The notes under the pieces: generated by a model | What the model was told of the DNA's origin: nothing | The model's input: only the letters and a program-made list of their open reading frames with translations | Database searches by the model: none | Assembly: GCF_006345805.1 (NCBI RefSeq) | Contig: NC_043019.1 | Location: 10,291,360-10,355,359 of the forward strand | Origin: Octopus sinensis | Lineage: Eukaryota | Direction: 5' to 3' | Length of the DNA: 64,000 nucleotides | Translations under genes and position numbers: made by a program | In this document: piece by piece, positions 1-13,889 of the stretch | Numbering within the stretch: the stretch's first letter is position 1 | Layout of the letters: each line of letters begins with the position of its first letter

Positions 1-1487
1 GATGTTTGTGTATGTGTGACTTGGAATATTATTCACTTCACATCTATGTATTATAGGGATATAAACTAACATCTGTACTTGAGTGGTACTTTATGTTACT
101 GGGCGCTGGAAGGGTGAACGGTGATGTCCTCAGCGAAGATTTGAACACAGAAATGTCATGAGACACAGCTATTCATTTCGTTCGATGCTCTACCGATTCT
201 GTCATGTCTTACGCCACACCCGACCGCGTTTGAACCAAATGAGTCAAGACGTTGGCTTCTGTAGACTTCGATGTCTGTCTTGGCTTCGAAACAACAAGCA
301 AAAACCTGTCAAGAACTGATCTCCACTTAAGAAATCACACCCACCTCCTCCTCTATCTAGTTTTTGTTTATATTTTTTTTACTTGTTTCGGTCAGTGGAC
401 TGCGGCCACGCAGGAGCACCACCGTGAAGGGTTTCAATTGAATGAGTCGACTTAAGTACTTATTCTTTCAAGCCTGGTACTTACTCTATTGGTCTCTTTT
501 GCCAAACTGCTAAGTTATGGAGATGTAAGCAGACCAACATCAGTTGTCAAGTGGTGGACAAACACAGACCCCCCCCCCTTCTCTCTATATATATATATAC
601 ACACACACACACGATGAGCTTCTTTCAGTTTCTGTCCACCAAATCCATTCATAAAACTTTAGTTGACCCAGGACAATAGTAGAAGATACTTGCCAAAGGT
701 GCTATACCACAGGACTGAACCCAGAGACATTGTTGAGAAGCAAACTTCTTACTACACTGCCCCACCCACCAAATATGTTTGTGTGTGTACATGTTTTTTT
801 GCTTGTATTGTCTGTGTATATTTTACCTTTTACTACAAAAATGTTGATAGTAACTTTGAAGTCTTGGCTTGCCTACCTTTATCTAACTTTACTTGGGTCT
901 TTGTAGGCATTACATAATCTTTGGTAAGTTGGCTTTTTTTTTTTCAGTGGCAGTTAGGTGCTACATACTCCCACCAAAAGAAATAACCAAAATCTGTATA
1001 AGAAACAAAAAATTAGAAAATATTTCATTGAATATTTTTTTTTATTAAAATTGTTTTTAACTTCATATTTTTGTTTCTTCCACGACTAAATTGTGTAATA
1101 TGTCCTTCATTTTTTAAGACAATATGTAGGGGGTTCGGTTACTATTTCTCGTAGGTCTAGTAACAATGTGGAGAATCCTTTGTTGGCTTCGGTGTTGATG
1201 TCCTGGAATCAGTTCAATTAACCTTACTTCTTCCCTGCTAAGTTGTGACCTTTGAGCAAAATCTGTTTCATAAGAAATATGCATTATCAGAGATGAGTTA
1301 ATGAGATTATAATTTGTCTGGGCTATAAAGAGGGTGTGTGTCAGTGGCTTAATGAATAACATTACTATCCTTGGTGTAAAGGATTCTGAGATCAAATCTT
1401 GCTTGGAATACAATAACAGAACTGGTCGGGAAGTTGGGGAGAAATAAACTCTTCAAATACTACTCAAAAGCAGGGGTCTGTTAACCT

Positions 1488-1518
<31 letters not shown>

Positions 1519-2997
1519 TCTCCTCTTTATAAATTCATCTTTTTCCCCCCCTCTTCCCACTACATATAAGGAAAAAAAGTTTTGTGTACAAGACGATGTA
1601 TTGTATAGCAATATACTTAATACTTTTTAAAGAATTATCAAACAAATTTAGCAAACATTAAACGAACTAAATTTCCCAAGAGCAATGAATATTCTTTCTA
1701 ATCTTTGTCACAGTCAGCAATTTTGAGGGGAGTGATCAATTTTGATTTCATAAACTCCCAATCGTTGACTGATATTTTATTGATCCTGAAAGGATGAAAG
1801 GTAAAGTTGATCTTGGCAGTATTTGAACTCAGAAAGTAAAGAGTTGGAGAAAATGCAGTTTGCTAACGATTCCGCTCCCTGCCTTTAAGAAGTGTGAATA
1901 ATGAGAATATATTTCACCATCTGAAAACTGTTTCCCCATTTCTTGCTTTCTGGCTTGTTTTATGTGTTTTGCTTGATGGGGGTCATCCCAGGTTAGTGGT
2001 CCCAGAAAAGTTATGTGTAGAGCCAACCAGGTCCACCTATGCTCTCCATTGCTGGGGGTCCCGTACCAGCCCATCTGCATCCTTCATTGGAATCGGCAAA
2101 ATTTTCTCTGGAATTCTGAAATTTCACCGAGGTTAAGGATTGTGACTCTAAAGTTATTAAATGAATGAATGTAAATTCATTTACTGAAGGTTTTATGATT
2201 GCCAAGGGCAATGTGGGTGTCAGTGGAGCTATGTAAATACAAATATTGTAATTATACATGTAAGGGATGACCCTTCTATTTTTAACTTCTATGGCAGTTG
2301 TAGATTTGCTTTGATTTAGTTTTAGACAATTGACATGAAGTGAAGGAAACTTAATTTTTCACTGAATGATTATTTATTTTTGATCATAAGTTCATTTTAG
2401 CTGTTTTAATTGCACTGGAGTAATTAGGACTATATTATTTTATTTCTTTTCTCCATTTAAGATGGTAGAATGTGTGATTTGAAGGAGAATTGGCTGCTAT
2501 TTTTGCTGTCATGTCTACCAGCCATAGAGAAGCCTTCTCAGTGATTCAGTTGTTTGTATGATTTGTCATTGAATGCTTCAGGAATGTCTTGGTAAATTTC
2601 AATCAGAAAGTTAGGTTTGTAAAACATTTTAGAGCAAATACACAGTAACCAATAGCAACATAAAAATTGCTTTTTCAAAGTGTGTGTGTGTGTGTGTGGT
2701 AGGTCTGGTGATCTCTTTAAGCTTGATAGAAGTTCGTTTATGTTATCTTTACTCTTGTTATTTATTTCACATTTTCTTTTTATTTTCATGTCAAAAACTG
2801 GGACTGTTTTTCTCTATCTACAATGATAGTATGTATACTACTCCTCCTTTTACTGCTACCACCACCACCACCACCTTTACTAGACCACTACAACTACTTA
2901 TAATAATGGTTTTAAATTTTGGCACAAGGCCAGCAATTTGAGGGGAGGGGGTTAAGTCAATTGCATCAATTCCAGTGCCCAACTGGTACTTAAGGAT

Positions 2998-4196
2998 GAA
3001 AGAATGTGCTGAAAACAGCTTCCATCACATGCCAGGGGGAGAAACTACAAGTAGTTGATATCTTCCGGTACCTAGGTGACCAAGTCAGGAGCCGGGGTGG
3101 TTGCTCTGGGAGTGTAGCTGCTAGAATAAGAATAGCCTGGGCAAAGTTCAGAGAATTCCTACGTCTGCTGGTAACAAAGGGCCTCTTGCTCAGAGTAAAA
3201 GGTAGGCTGTATGATGCATGTGTGCTAACAGCCATGCTACATGGCAGTGAAACATGGGCTGTGACTGCTGAGGACATGTGTAGGATTGAAAGAAATGAAG
3301 CTAGCATACACGACAGAGTGTAAACACTCTGAGAGAAAAGTTGGACATAAGAAGCATCGGATGTGGTGTGCAAGAGAGACAACTACACTGGTATGGTTAT
3401 GTCGTGTGTATGGATGAGGACAGCTGTGTGAAGAAGTGTCAAACCCTAGCAGTAGAGGGAACCTGTGGAAGAGGTAGACCCAGGAAGACATGGGATGAAG
3501 TGATGAAGCACGACCTTCAAACGTTGGGCCTCATGGAGGCAATGACAAGCGACTGAGACCTTTGGTGATATGCTGTTCTTGAGAAGACCTAGCAAGCCAA
3601 GTGTGTGTGTGTGTGTGGTAGGTCTGGTGATCTCTTTAAGCTTGATAGAAGTTCGTTTTATGTTATCTTTACTCTTGTTATTTATTTCACATTTTCTTTT
3701 TATTTTCATGTCAAAAACTGGGACTGTTTTTCTCTATCTACAGTGATAGTATGTATACTACTAACCATGGCCTATGCCAGTGCAGCATAACTGGCCCATT
3801 TATGAGTACCCTTTGAGAAGACCTGTTGAGTCAAGTGAAGTGATTGTGGTGGCCAGTGCCAGTGCTGCCTGACTGGCTCCCATGCCAGTGGCACATAAAA
3901 AGTACCATTTGAGCATTGTTGTTGCTAGTGCCGCCTAACTGGCCCCTATGCTGGTGGCACATAAAAAGCACCTTTCAAGCATGGTCATTGCCAGAGCTGC
4001 CTGACTGGCCCTTGTGCCAGTGGCATGTAAAAAGTACCCACTACACTCTTGGAGTGGTTGGTGCTAGGAAGGGCATCCAGCTGTGGAAATCTTGCCAGAT
4101 CAGATTGGAGCCTAGTACAGCCTCCTGGCTTGCCAGTCCTCAATCAAACCATCCAACCCATGCCAGCATGGAAAGTGGACGTTAAACTATGATGGT
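2998..4196 (+). mobile_element. RTE-clade LINE 3' fragment, degraded and interrupted
   Basis: ORFs 3006-3323 (FRYLGDQV...RIRIAWAKFREF...LHGSETW) and 3341-3556 (LHWYG...GRGRPRKTWDEV) are typical RTE RT C-terminal motifs. The 3' UTR ends ggacgttaaactatgatg. Interrupted at 3601-3762 by a copy of upstream sequence. Confidence 0.85.
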
Positions 4197-4869
4197 AAAT
4201 AAAATATCATCATTTAACGTCCTCTGTCCATGCTGACATCAGTTGGATGGTTTGACAGGGGCTGGCTGGGCAGAAGATAGCACCAAGCTCTGCTCTCTCT
4301 TTTGTAATGGCTGTTATGGCCAGATGCCCTTCCTAGCACCAACCACTGCATACAGTGGACTAATGTAATATACATATAGGTGCGGGAGTGGCTGTGTGGT
4401 AAGAAGCTTGCTTCCCTGCGCTTATGATGCTCAGTGTTTTCTTTGCACTTCTAGGAGTCGCGACACCAACGTTGTGAATTATTGAACAAGTGAAGCACAA
4501 CTACAAAGTAAAACATTTGTTTTGGGATTCAGTGGGGGATTGTTGCTCATGTTTATTTTGTCAAACAACAAATCTCCACTGAGTTCCTGGCAAATTGTCT
4601 GCCTGTAGTTGTGTTTAAAGTCTCACTTAGCAGTGAGTAATGGGTTTTGGGGGCGTATCCCTCCTCCTATAATTGTGCTTATTTTTTTACCAATTTTTGG
4701 TGAAATTGTGTGACTGTTTTGTGCCCTGGATTACTGAATTGGCCAGGAGTATCAGGACACGTCCAGAAGAATAGTTTGCTGTGTTTTTGAACTGTTTCTT
4801 GTCTTTTTCCTTCCTTCTTGCATTTTTTTTTTTGAACTCTGTGAACTTTTGTTTTTTGTGAACTTTTTC

Positions 4870-7150
4870 CAAAAAAATAAACATGTCAAAAATGATAAAC
4901 AACAGTACGTTAGAGTAAGAGATTGTCTCAGCCAAACAGTGGATGAAAGACTTTGAAGAGAGGATGGTGGTGTTAAGGACTTACTCAAAGCCGCTTCACA
5001 CCATCGCCCTCTTCCAAAAGACACAAATTGAAAAAGAGTTGGCAGAGTATTTGCCAACTATTAAATTCATCTCCAGTGGGGGTCAACTCCCTAAAGGTTC
5101 AACACCTCATTTGTGTTTTTAAAAAAGAACAATGTTATTGGGAAGTTACAATCGGGGGGCGTTGGCTGCTTCCCCCACCAACCATCTTTTTTTTTCATTC
5201 CATCATCTTTATTGTGTCTGTGTCCAGCCTGCAAAGCTTCCATCTGTATTATGCCTTTATGGCAAATGTAATGGAATTAAGGCTCTTGCTTACCAACCAC
5301 ATGGTTCTGGGTTCAGTTCCACTGCATGGCACCTTGGGCAAGTATCTTCTACTATACCCTCAGGCCAACTAAAGCCTTGTGAGTAGATTTGGTAGATGGA
5401 AACTGAAAGAAGCCTATTATAAGTGTGTTTGTCCTCCCACCATCGCTTGACAACTGATGTAGGTGTGTTTATGTCCCCGTAACTTAGCAGTTTGGCAAAA
5501 TAGACTGATAGAATAAGTACTAGGCTTACAAAGAATAAGTCCTGGGGTTGATTTGTTCGACTAAAGGTGGTGCTCCAGTTTGGCTGCAGTCAAATGACTG
5601 AAGCTAATAAAAGAATATAGACAAGTTTCCATATTTTTCTCTACATATGTTTCCCCATTGTGGCTGTTTGCCATCTCTTCATTGGATGTTGCAAAGTGCA
5701 GTTGGATATGCTGAAGCACAATAAATCATTTCATTTCATCATGCTACATAAATTTTCTGTTTCTATTTCTCTCTGTTGACTTCCTTCTCAACATAAAAGT
5801 CTTGCCATCTGTCCTACTTCAGCCGTTTGATCTGTTTCATCCTAATGCTACAGAGAGTTGCCCTTAGGATCTTTTGTGATTATAGCATCCAATTACACTT
5901 GGAATATCCAATGCAGGAGTTGCAAACAACCATCAGGATGCAGAGATAATATCTTAACTTTTGGAACAAGAAAGCTCACCCTACCATAATTCTTTTTTCT
6001 TATTTACAACATCTTAAAGATAAGAGACAGCAATTTGCAACAATCTTCTTTATCACCTTAAATCTGTCCCTCCTTAAGGATTTTCAGAATGACTTTTTTA
6101 AAACTGAATCTTCTCTGGAGATCTACTCTATCACTCAGCAAGTGGATCCTTGAGAAATTTAGGGAAAAGAATGTTGCTGCCCAAGATACCAGCAAAGATT
6201 TTTACCATATCTGACACTTGAAACTCCGAGTAAAGCTGCTTGTTGATACATTTTTTGGACTTGGAAGTTTCCTGTCAGACTACACCACCACAACATGGTG
6301 TTGAAATTCTTTCTGATTGACTTTCTCTCAACCCTGGTACATTCCAGGTTTCAGTTCTCTTCCCCACACTCTTCTTCATACACATCATTGAACTAATTTC
6401 CTTCACCTCCAGCAAAACTCATTCTTTTGCATCTTCATTCTTCAATGACATTAGACATCCAAGCCTCATCCACATGGCACCTCGATACATTATGCCTCAT
6501 CACACCTGTGCACTGACATGTGACCAGGGACTTTGAGAAATATTCCTCTGTGGAGTCATGCCATCTTTTCACCTTCAACACCACAAAGACAGTTACTACA
6601 CACAGTGATTGTGTCTATGTCCAAAAAACATCTTCACCACAACTTCAATAGTGTCTGACTAAACCTCTCACAACCTCTACAGATGCCTTACCATCACATA
6701 TTTTCATTTGATGACTGCACATTCTCAACAGAGCAAAATGGCAGTACAGAGACTGGTCTTTCTCTTGAGAGCCAAAAAATACTTCAGGCTCCAACAACTG
6801 CTCTCTACAAAGCTCATGGGACTCCCATAATAAAGTAATGCATTTGTGACAAAGCTGCTCTTAGATGTTTTAGACCACAGCCAAAGAAAAGCCAGCTGAC
6901 TGATCAGCAAGAACCTGTTCTCCATCTGTAGAAGTTTTGTCTTCTCTCTCTTCTTTTTCTATGCTAACTATTGTGGCCTCTGTTCCTCACAGCTTGTTGA
7001 CCAGCCTCATCACATCTTCATTCAGCTACTCCCTTCTCATTCTAACCTATGCTAACCAGTCTTTCCTGCTCAGAATTCCCTCTTTGCACATATTTTTCTT
7101 GTACTCGTTGACTTGAAGGACCCATCAAGGCTGTTGGTTTAAAATGAATT
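4870..7150 (+). mobile_element. Highly decayed CR1/Jockey-group LINE remnant, interrupted by a SINE
   Basis: Near 6740-6900 the + strand reads AVQRLVFLLRAKKYFRLQQLL...LDVLD..QRKA, resembling the post-RT region of CR1-like ORF2. There is an ORF1-like open stretch at 4930-5120. Many stops and frameshifts; boundaries approximate. Confidence 0.5.
5285..5612 (+). mobile_element. tRNA-derived SINE, family 1 (CORE-type octopus SINE-like)
   Basis: Matches many other copies in the window (cttaccaaccacatggttc...ggaaactgaaagaagc...gtcaaatgactg). Confidence 0.8.
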
Positions 7151-7439
7151 TAAAAGAGGTTACAGGTTCAGCTCCACCGTCTGCACATTGATTTTTATCA
7201 ATGTTCTTCTCACGGCAATCAGCTGACGCAACTGTTAGCGCCTCAGGCAAAATGCTTTCTGACAGTTTGTCTGCCCCTACATTCTGAGTTCAAATTCCAC
7301 TGAGGTCAACCTTGCTTTTCATCTTTCCGAGGGTTGATAAAATAAGTACCAGTTAAATATTGGGGTTGATGGAATTGACTAATTCCCTTTCTTCAAAACT
7401 GCTGGCCTTGTGCCAAAATTTGAAACCCATATCAATCTT

Positions 7440-7835
7440 GTTCCCTCTCTATCTTATTCTCCTCTTCCCTCTCTCTATCTCACTCTCCTCTTCCCCCTCT
7501 CTATCTCACTCTTCTCTTCCCCCTCTCTATCTCAATCTCCTCTTCCCTCTCTCTATCTCACTCTCTTCTTCTCTCTCTCTATCTCACTCTCCTCTTCTCT
7601 CTCTCTCACTCTCCTCTTTCTTCTCTCTCTCACTCTCCTCTTTCTTCTCTCTCTCTCACTCTCCTCTTTCTTCTCTCTCTCTCACTCTCCTCTTTCTTCT
7701 CTCTCTCTATCTCACTCTTCTCTTCTCCCTCTCTCTCTCTCACTCTCCTCTTCTTCCTCTCTCTCTATCTCACCTCTTCCCTCTCTCTCTATCTCACCTC
7801 TTCCTTCTCTCTCTCTCTCTCTCTCTCTCTTTTCG
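7440..7835 (+). repeat. CT-rich minisatellite / (CT)n tract upstream of the HSDL2 acceptor
   Basis: Degenerate units of ctctctctatctcactctcctcttc ending in pure (CT)n. Confidence 0.9.
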
Positions 7836-7879
7836 TGCTACTCTTATTGTTCTCTCTTTATTTCTCTGATCAAATCCAG

Positions 7880-8043
7880 GAAACTTGCCGGAAAGACCCT
7901 CTTTATAACTGGTGCAAGTCGAGGAATTGGCAAATACATTGCTATGAAAGCTGCCCGTGATGGTGCCAATGTTGTTATTGCTGCCAAAACTGCTGATCCA
8001 CATCCAAAACTGCCAGGAACAATCTATACTGCAGCAAAAGAAG
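7880..8043 (+). CDS. HSDL2: HSDL2 coding exon (first one found; Rossmann fold TGASRGIG)
   Basis: Acceptor tccag at 7875-7879. Reads (G)KLAGKTLFITGASRGIGKYIAMKAARDGANVVIAAKTADPHPKLPGTIYTAAKE, matching the N-terminus of hydroxysteroid dehydrogenase-like 2. Donor g|gtaac at 8043/8044. Starts in phase 2, so a short upstream coding exon is needed. Confidence 0.96.
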
Positions 8044-8479
8044 GTAACACCCATCCTCTGTCTCTCAGTTAAACTGTGTTTGTGCATATACATGCTTATA
8101 TATATATATATATGCACACACGCACACATACATATATATATATAAATGAACATATATATACACACACAAAAATATAAATGAACATATACATATATATACA
8201 TACACACACAGAGATAAAAATATAAATGAACATATATATAACACAAATATATAAACATATATATATATATATATATAAAACACGCATATAAAATTATATA
8301 CGAACATCTATATAAATATATACATACCATGAGTATTGCAAAAGTAGGAACAACTTTTTTATCTGCCAGCACAAGATGTTCCAATTGCACATATTCCTCT
8401 ATACAAAGCTACAGCACAGTTTCCACTCCTATCCCAAGCAATGATGTTGTCCCATCATTGATCACAACTTCTTAATCCT

Positions 8480-9050
8480 TTTTGAAAATTCCAGGTATGC
8501 ACCCTACTCCTACCCAGTTCTTCACAGTTATCTCTCACCTGTGTCATCAAGTTATTGTTCCTGAGTCATGCAGGTGAAAGTCGGAGAGGTGCTGGATCCA
8601 TGCTTTTTGGTGCAGGGGTGGATAGGGGAGAGGCACTGATCAGCCCCAATTTGCTGATTGCTTGATTTGTTGCCAAGCATTTGTGTGGTCATGCATTCTC
8701 ATGGTCAGTATGAGATATTTTCAGATTCTTCTTTGGTCGCTTCTTCCTAATGGCTTCTCTAAGCTTTTTAAGTGTCTCAATGTACCTCTCAATGTCCACA
8801 ATACAACCATATTCCAGAAAATTAAAGAGAATGTTCTTGTAATCCTCCAAAACAGTCACCATGACTGTTCATGTCAATCCCTGATCCCTGATCTTCTTCT
8901 TTGGGTCTGGAGACAAACTGTGACCCCATTCCATCCATTTGTTTTGGTATCATAAAGATATACCCTCATTTCATTCCCTGCCACCAAGTCAAAAGAAAAC
9001 TTGTCTTCATTAGCTTCAAATGCTTCTGGCTGACCAGAGCAGACTATCGT
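8480..9050 (-). mobile_element. Mariner transposase remnant in an HSDL2 intron
   Basis: Minus strand reads ERYIETLKKLREAIRKKRP...HENA*PH...AISKLG...DPAP..SDFHL, a decayed HDNARPH / YSPDLAPSDFHLF mariner signature. Boundaries approximate. Confidence 0.65.
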
Positions 9051-10582
9051 CCTTCTGTCCATTAAATCAAATGTCCACTGCCGCCAAAGTAACTACTGTC
9101 CAGTCCCCAATCAGCCACTGTCTTCTCTAATAATCTCTGACCACAATTCAGTTGTGCAGTAAGCTTATGGATTATAACTTGTCTGTCTGCAAATCATTTC
9201 CTTCACCCTCTGTCAGTTCCTGTCTATGGTCACTGTTGGATTGTCTCCCAATGCATTGTAGCTTAGTTTTCTCTATTATTTGCAATCTTGCACCATTTTC
9301 CCCAAAGGATGCTCTGGTTTCTATTTCTCATTGCATCTTAAAATGATATAAAATATTGATAATCAATCTTAAGCTCTCCAATGTTTATTTTCCTTGAAAA
9401 GTAATCAAACGATTGCTTTAATATTGACAATTTGCTCTACTTGAAAAGCAAACGATTAATTATTCCCTCTAAAATTCGATACCACCATTAATTGTTGCTA
9501 CTGTTTTAATTATCCATTGCATCTCCTTGAGATAATTTATCAATTGAATATCAAGCCAGTGTATTTGGTAAAATTTGGTAACCTGGTTCCTTAGTGACTC
9601 ATAAATATTTCCTTTGAATCTCAACAATTGGTGTTTCTTTATTCTGCCTCATGTTGGGGATTCTAATGTTTAATGTTGTAATACTTTATATTAGTTCTAA
9701 ATCTGGTCAACCAGCAACAAGGAAACTACACTGAATCTCTTTCATAATACTTGTTATATTTATCCTGTCTTTCTGTACATCATCTGCTTTGTGAACTATT
9801 AGCATCATTGATTATAGATTTCCAATCAATCGCTCATTGCTTCATTGCACTTTTGGTTGTAAGAATGACAAGAGAGTGTCTGCGTAACTCTGGAATTATG
9901 CCACAAGATATTTTTGTTTAATGTACAAAATTAGTAGCTGTTTCTTGTTGATATATTTTTTACTCCCGCATTTTCTCTCTCTCTTGCATACACACACACG
10001 TGTGTGTCATAGGCAACAGCTTTTCTCCCAATCATGTTGTATTGAAGACAATCTTATGTTCAAATTCCATCTTTTTGAGGAAAGAGACTTTCCATATTTT
10101 CTTAGAAGTTATTTATGTTTAATGTGTAGCACCAATTCTTTGCATGTTTGCCAATCTTTCCTGATTTTCCTGATTTTATTTCTTCAATGAAATGCTTAGA
10201 ACGTTAGGAATAAAATTGTTCCAAATTCAACATAAAGGACTAAAAATAAAATCATTTATATGTTTATGAAATGTTTTTGTGTAGCTTCCATTTATTAAAT
10301 TTCCCCAAACCTCAATCAATCAGTCAAACTGAGTTTATAATAGAATACGCTACTTGTCCCCCCCCCTCCACCATGGTACCAAGCTGTGTGATTGATCCCA
10401 AGACCGCTTCTTGCTAAAGAAACTTCTTAATCACGGAGCCATGCCTGTTTGTGTAAAATGTGTGTAAAGGATCTCAGGAATGCTCCAGGGTCCTTAGATC
10501 CAATACCAGGGATTTAGTATTATCGACAAACTTGCGCAGAACAGCAAACTTCTAAAATCTAGTTTCTTTTTGTTTCGTCCAG

Positions 10583-10796
10583 TTGAGGAAGCTGGCGGTA
10601 AAAGTCTGCCATGTATTGTTGATATCCGTTACGAAGACCAAGTGCAGAAAGCTGTGGATGAAACTGTGAAGAAATTTGGAGGCATTGATATCCTTGTAAA
10701 CAATGCCAGTGCCATTAGCCTTACTGGAACTCAGCAAACACCAATGAAGAAATTTGACCTGATGATGGGCGTCAATGCCAGAGGAACGTACCTTTG
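10583..10796 (+). CDS. HSDL2: HSDL2 coding exon (GGIDILVNNAS)
   Basis: Acceptor tccag ends at 10582. VEEAGGKSLPCIVDIRYEDQVQKAVDETVKKFGGIDILVNNASAISLTGTQQTPMKKFDLMMGVNARGTYL. Donor tg|gtttg. Phases match both flanking exons. Confidence 0.95.
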
Positions 10797-11214
10797 GTTT
10801 GTATTCTCTCTCCATCTCTATCTCTAGCTTTCTCTGTCAACCTTGCTCTCTCTCTCTCTCTCTCTCATCGTTGCTATTATGCAAAAGTGTCATAAGTCCC
10901 AGATGTTGCTTTTTCAGAAAACAAAAAAATTATTTCACCATTCCATAACAAAACCGTTCTACTACACTTTGACAACGTTTGACCAAAATTAAATATTGAA
11001 AAAATGCATTTGGCCAAACGACAGTTTAACATAATAACAATGTGAGATATATATATATGTAATCGTTTATCCTTTGTTTTCAGTCATTGGACTGTGTCCA
11101 TGCTGGGGCACCATCTTGAAGGGTTTAACCAAACAGGTTGATCCCAGTATTTATTTGTTTTTAAAACCTGGTACTAATTCTATCCTTCTCTTTTGCTGTA
11201 CCACTAAGTTATCC

Positions 11215-11255
<41 letters not shown>

Positions 11256-12630
11256 CTTACCTGCCCGCTCTCCTTCCCCCAACCACATCCCCTTTCCTCT
11301 CCTCCACCCTACCTCTTTGTCAGAAGATCCTGCAGGCTTTCTGTTGCCTCCAGCTACATCCCACCACACGTCAACACATACACACTCAGCCCCACCAACC
11401 CATTCGCACACCTGTCGCTAATAGCTGCTCACCTCTCAGAGTGATATTAATACACACGCACAGATCCTACCACACACACTCTTCTCTACAAGAATGTACT
11501 TTATCTTCCTCCTTCTATTTCTGGTCACTTCAGTAATTCAACTTCACATGGACTTTTGGTGCTGTTTCCCCCCTCCCCCCTTCCTTCTTTCCCTTTGGAC
11601 TTTCCTGTTTTTCCTATTTCCAACAAAAAGCTATGCTCGAAACGTAAAACAACTCTCTTCTTTCTCCGAGCGTCATATTAATACATTGCTTGTGCTATAC
11701 ATCCTCACATTTGCTTCTTCTTTTAAATTGACTTTAAATATAAGTATAAATATTTTTATATATTAAACTAAACGATTGATAGCAAAGGCAACGTATTAGT
11801 GTCTGCTTTATTCAGCACGACAACCATTTCGGTTTACATCTGAAGATGTCAGCTGAAATGATCATCAAGCTGAATAAAGCTTACCCCTTACTTTGTCTTT
11901 CCTATCAATTACTTAAAATATACTAAACGTACACCGAGGAATTCCTTATGTAGATCCTGCAACTAAAGAGCTGTACTGTGGATGACGCCTGGTAACCATC
12001 AAGGCACACTGCTAGGGACATACCCCAAACAAGGTTTAGACACTACATTTTAAAGTCTTCTATTTAAACTTTAATTTCAAACATAACCTATATATATATA
12101 TATGTATGTATGTATGTATGTATATATATAATGGGATTCTGTCTGTATTTATGATATATAGATGTGTGTGCATAGTCAGCCTGTTCTGTGTATTTTACTG
12201 TATTCTTGTCTTCTTTTGCCTTTTTTATACTCTGTTGTACACAATTTTACACACATACATGTACGTGGTGTGTGTCCGTCCTCTTTCTTTCGAATATTAC
12301 AAGTTCCACTGGTTGTAGTGAAACTGAAAGTGTCTGCTACAGAACAGTTGTTTTGTATTTTAATAAACTTTAGAATGAATTGTTGCAATGTAACCTTCTC
12401 TGTGGTATCAAAGCTGAGGGCAGTCATCTAAGATGTTACTTTCTCTGTAACACCATAACTAATGTGTAGTCTGACACATTTACACTGACATTTATCTGTG
12501 TTGATGGAAATATGGGAAAATCTTTCATCTCTAAAGTTAATTGCTTCAAAAAAATTTAAAATTTTTTCCATCGTATATTGTTTTCTAAATTTTTATTTTT
12601 ATTTATTGTATGATTCTTTCTTGTTTCCAG

Positions 12631-12734
12631 CTCCAAGGTTTGTATCCCTTACTTGATGAAGTCGGAAAACCCTCACATCTTGAATCTTAGCCCTCCACTA
12701 AACATGAACCCGAAATGGTTTACCAATCATGTGG
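12631..12734 (+). CDS. HSDL2: HSDL2 coding exon
   Basis: Acceptor ttccag ends at 12630. (C)SKVCIPYLMKSENPHILNLSPPLNMNPKWFTNHV. Donor g|gtacgt. Confidence 0.95.
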
Positions 12735-13889
12735 GTACGTATCCCTACTTTGTTGTGGCTGTAGTACTCTTGGTCCACTCTAATTTCAGCCAACCTACCA
12801 TCAATGCTGCTTTAGTTATAGCCATACCATCTGGATGGTGCTTGATGTCAGAAAAGATGGAATGGCCATAACTAAAGCATATAACTTATAAGTTAGCAAG
12901 ATGTGATTGAAGGAAGATAATGATTATTATGTGTCTGCATATTTCAAGGACATTTCTTTATAATATCCATCCAATAAGATATCATAGGTGTTGCCTGTAG
13001 ATTCTTTCACTACTTATTCTCTTCATGACCTCTCATCTAACTCATGAATAATTGTATCAGTCATAGGTGTTTTCTCTCCTATAAACCTGCTTTGTGCCTG
13101 CATGTCTATCTGTTTATGTCTGTTTTACTTTTTCTTATTTGTTATAAGATTAAAATACTTATCCTTGTACATGCGATTCAGCCATTTGATGATTCTTATG
13201 TATAGACTTATTTTATGGATTTCCAGTTGAACAGTTTTACATTTACTCTTATAGTATTTCCCTTAATTCTCTTGTTATCATCTACTAATAGCAACCTGCA
13301 CATTTACTTGTGGGTTTTACATGTATCTGTGCTCCTTTGGTAGCTATGAACTTGTAATGTAATTTATGTACAACAAATAAGGTAACCAGACAACTGTAAA
13401 ACAATCTAACGAACTGACAAACCTCTTTACGAACTAACAATCAATATTCCTTGTGAACTAACCGACACATCCCGCTGGAAACTAAACATGAACTTCACTC
13501 AACTCTGAACCTCACTTGGATCATTACTGTTTATACTTTATTTGGACCAGTCTATCTCTTGCAAGGGGGTGTTGTAACTACCGTCACAACAGAACTTATC
13601 TCCGTTTACCAGACGTAAAAGCTAATGTGCTTGCGTAGAAAACCAAAAGTATGTGGTGTGTGTGTAATTTTGTGTGAAAATATGGACAGGTATATGCTGT
13701 TATTTCTATACGCAAGGAACAATTGAAATATTTGTATAAATGGTTGTGCAAGAGTAGTACATGTGTGTAGACTTGTATATGTGTAAGTGTGTCTGTGTAC
13801 CAGTATTTATATTAGAATAGAAATTATGTAGGATATATATTTATCTCTGTATACATACATTTATAGAAATGCAAATTGGCTGAGTTCCT

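Noticed and set aside
239-255. ATGAGTCAAGACGTTGG as a candidate HSDL2 exon 1 (MSQDVG, correct phase)
   Set aside because: Followed by CT, not a GT or GC donor.
7360-7879. L/S-rich ORFs 7360-7869 and the N-terminus of 7410-8072
   Set aside because: CT minisatellite in the intron. The coding part starts at the 7880 acceptor.
11300-11770. Possible Penelope-like terminal fragments (also about 20880-21050) and an LTR-like segment at about 13345-13590
   Set aside because: Only vague motif resemblance (gctcgaaacgtaaaa, a TGTGACGG start). No coding remnant or TSD could be confirmed.
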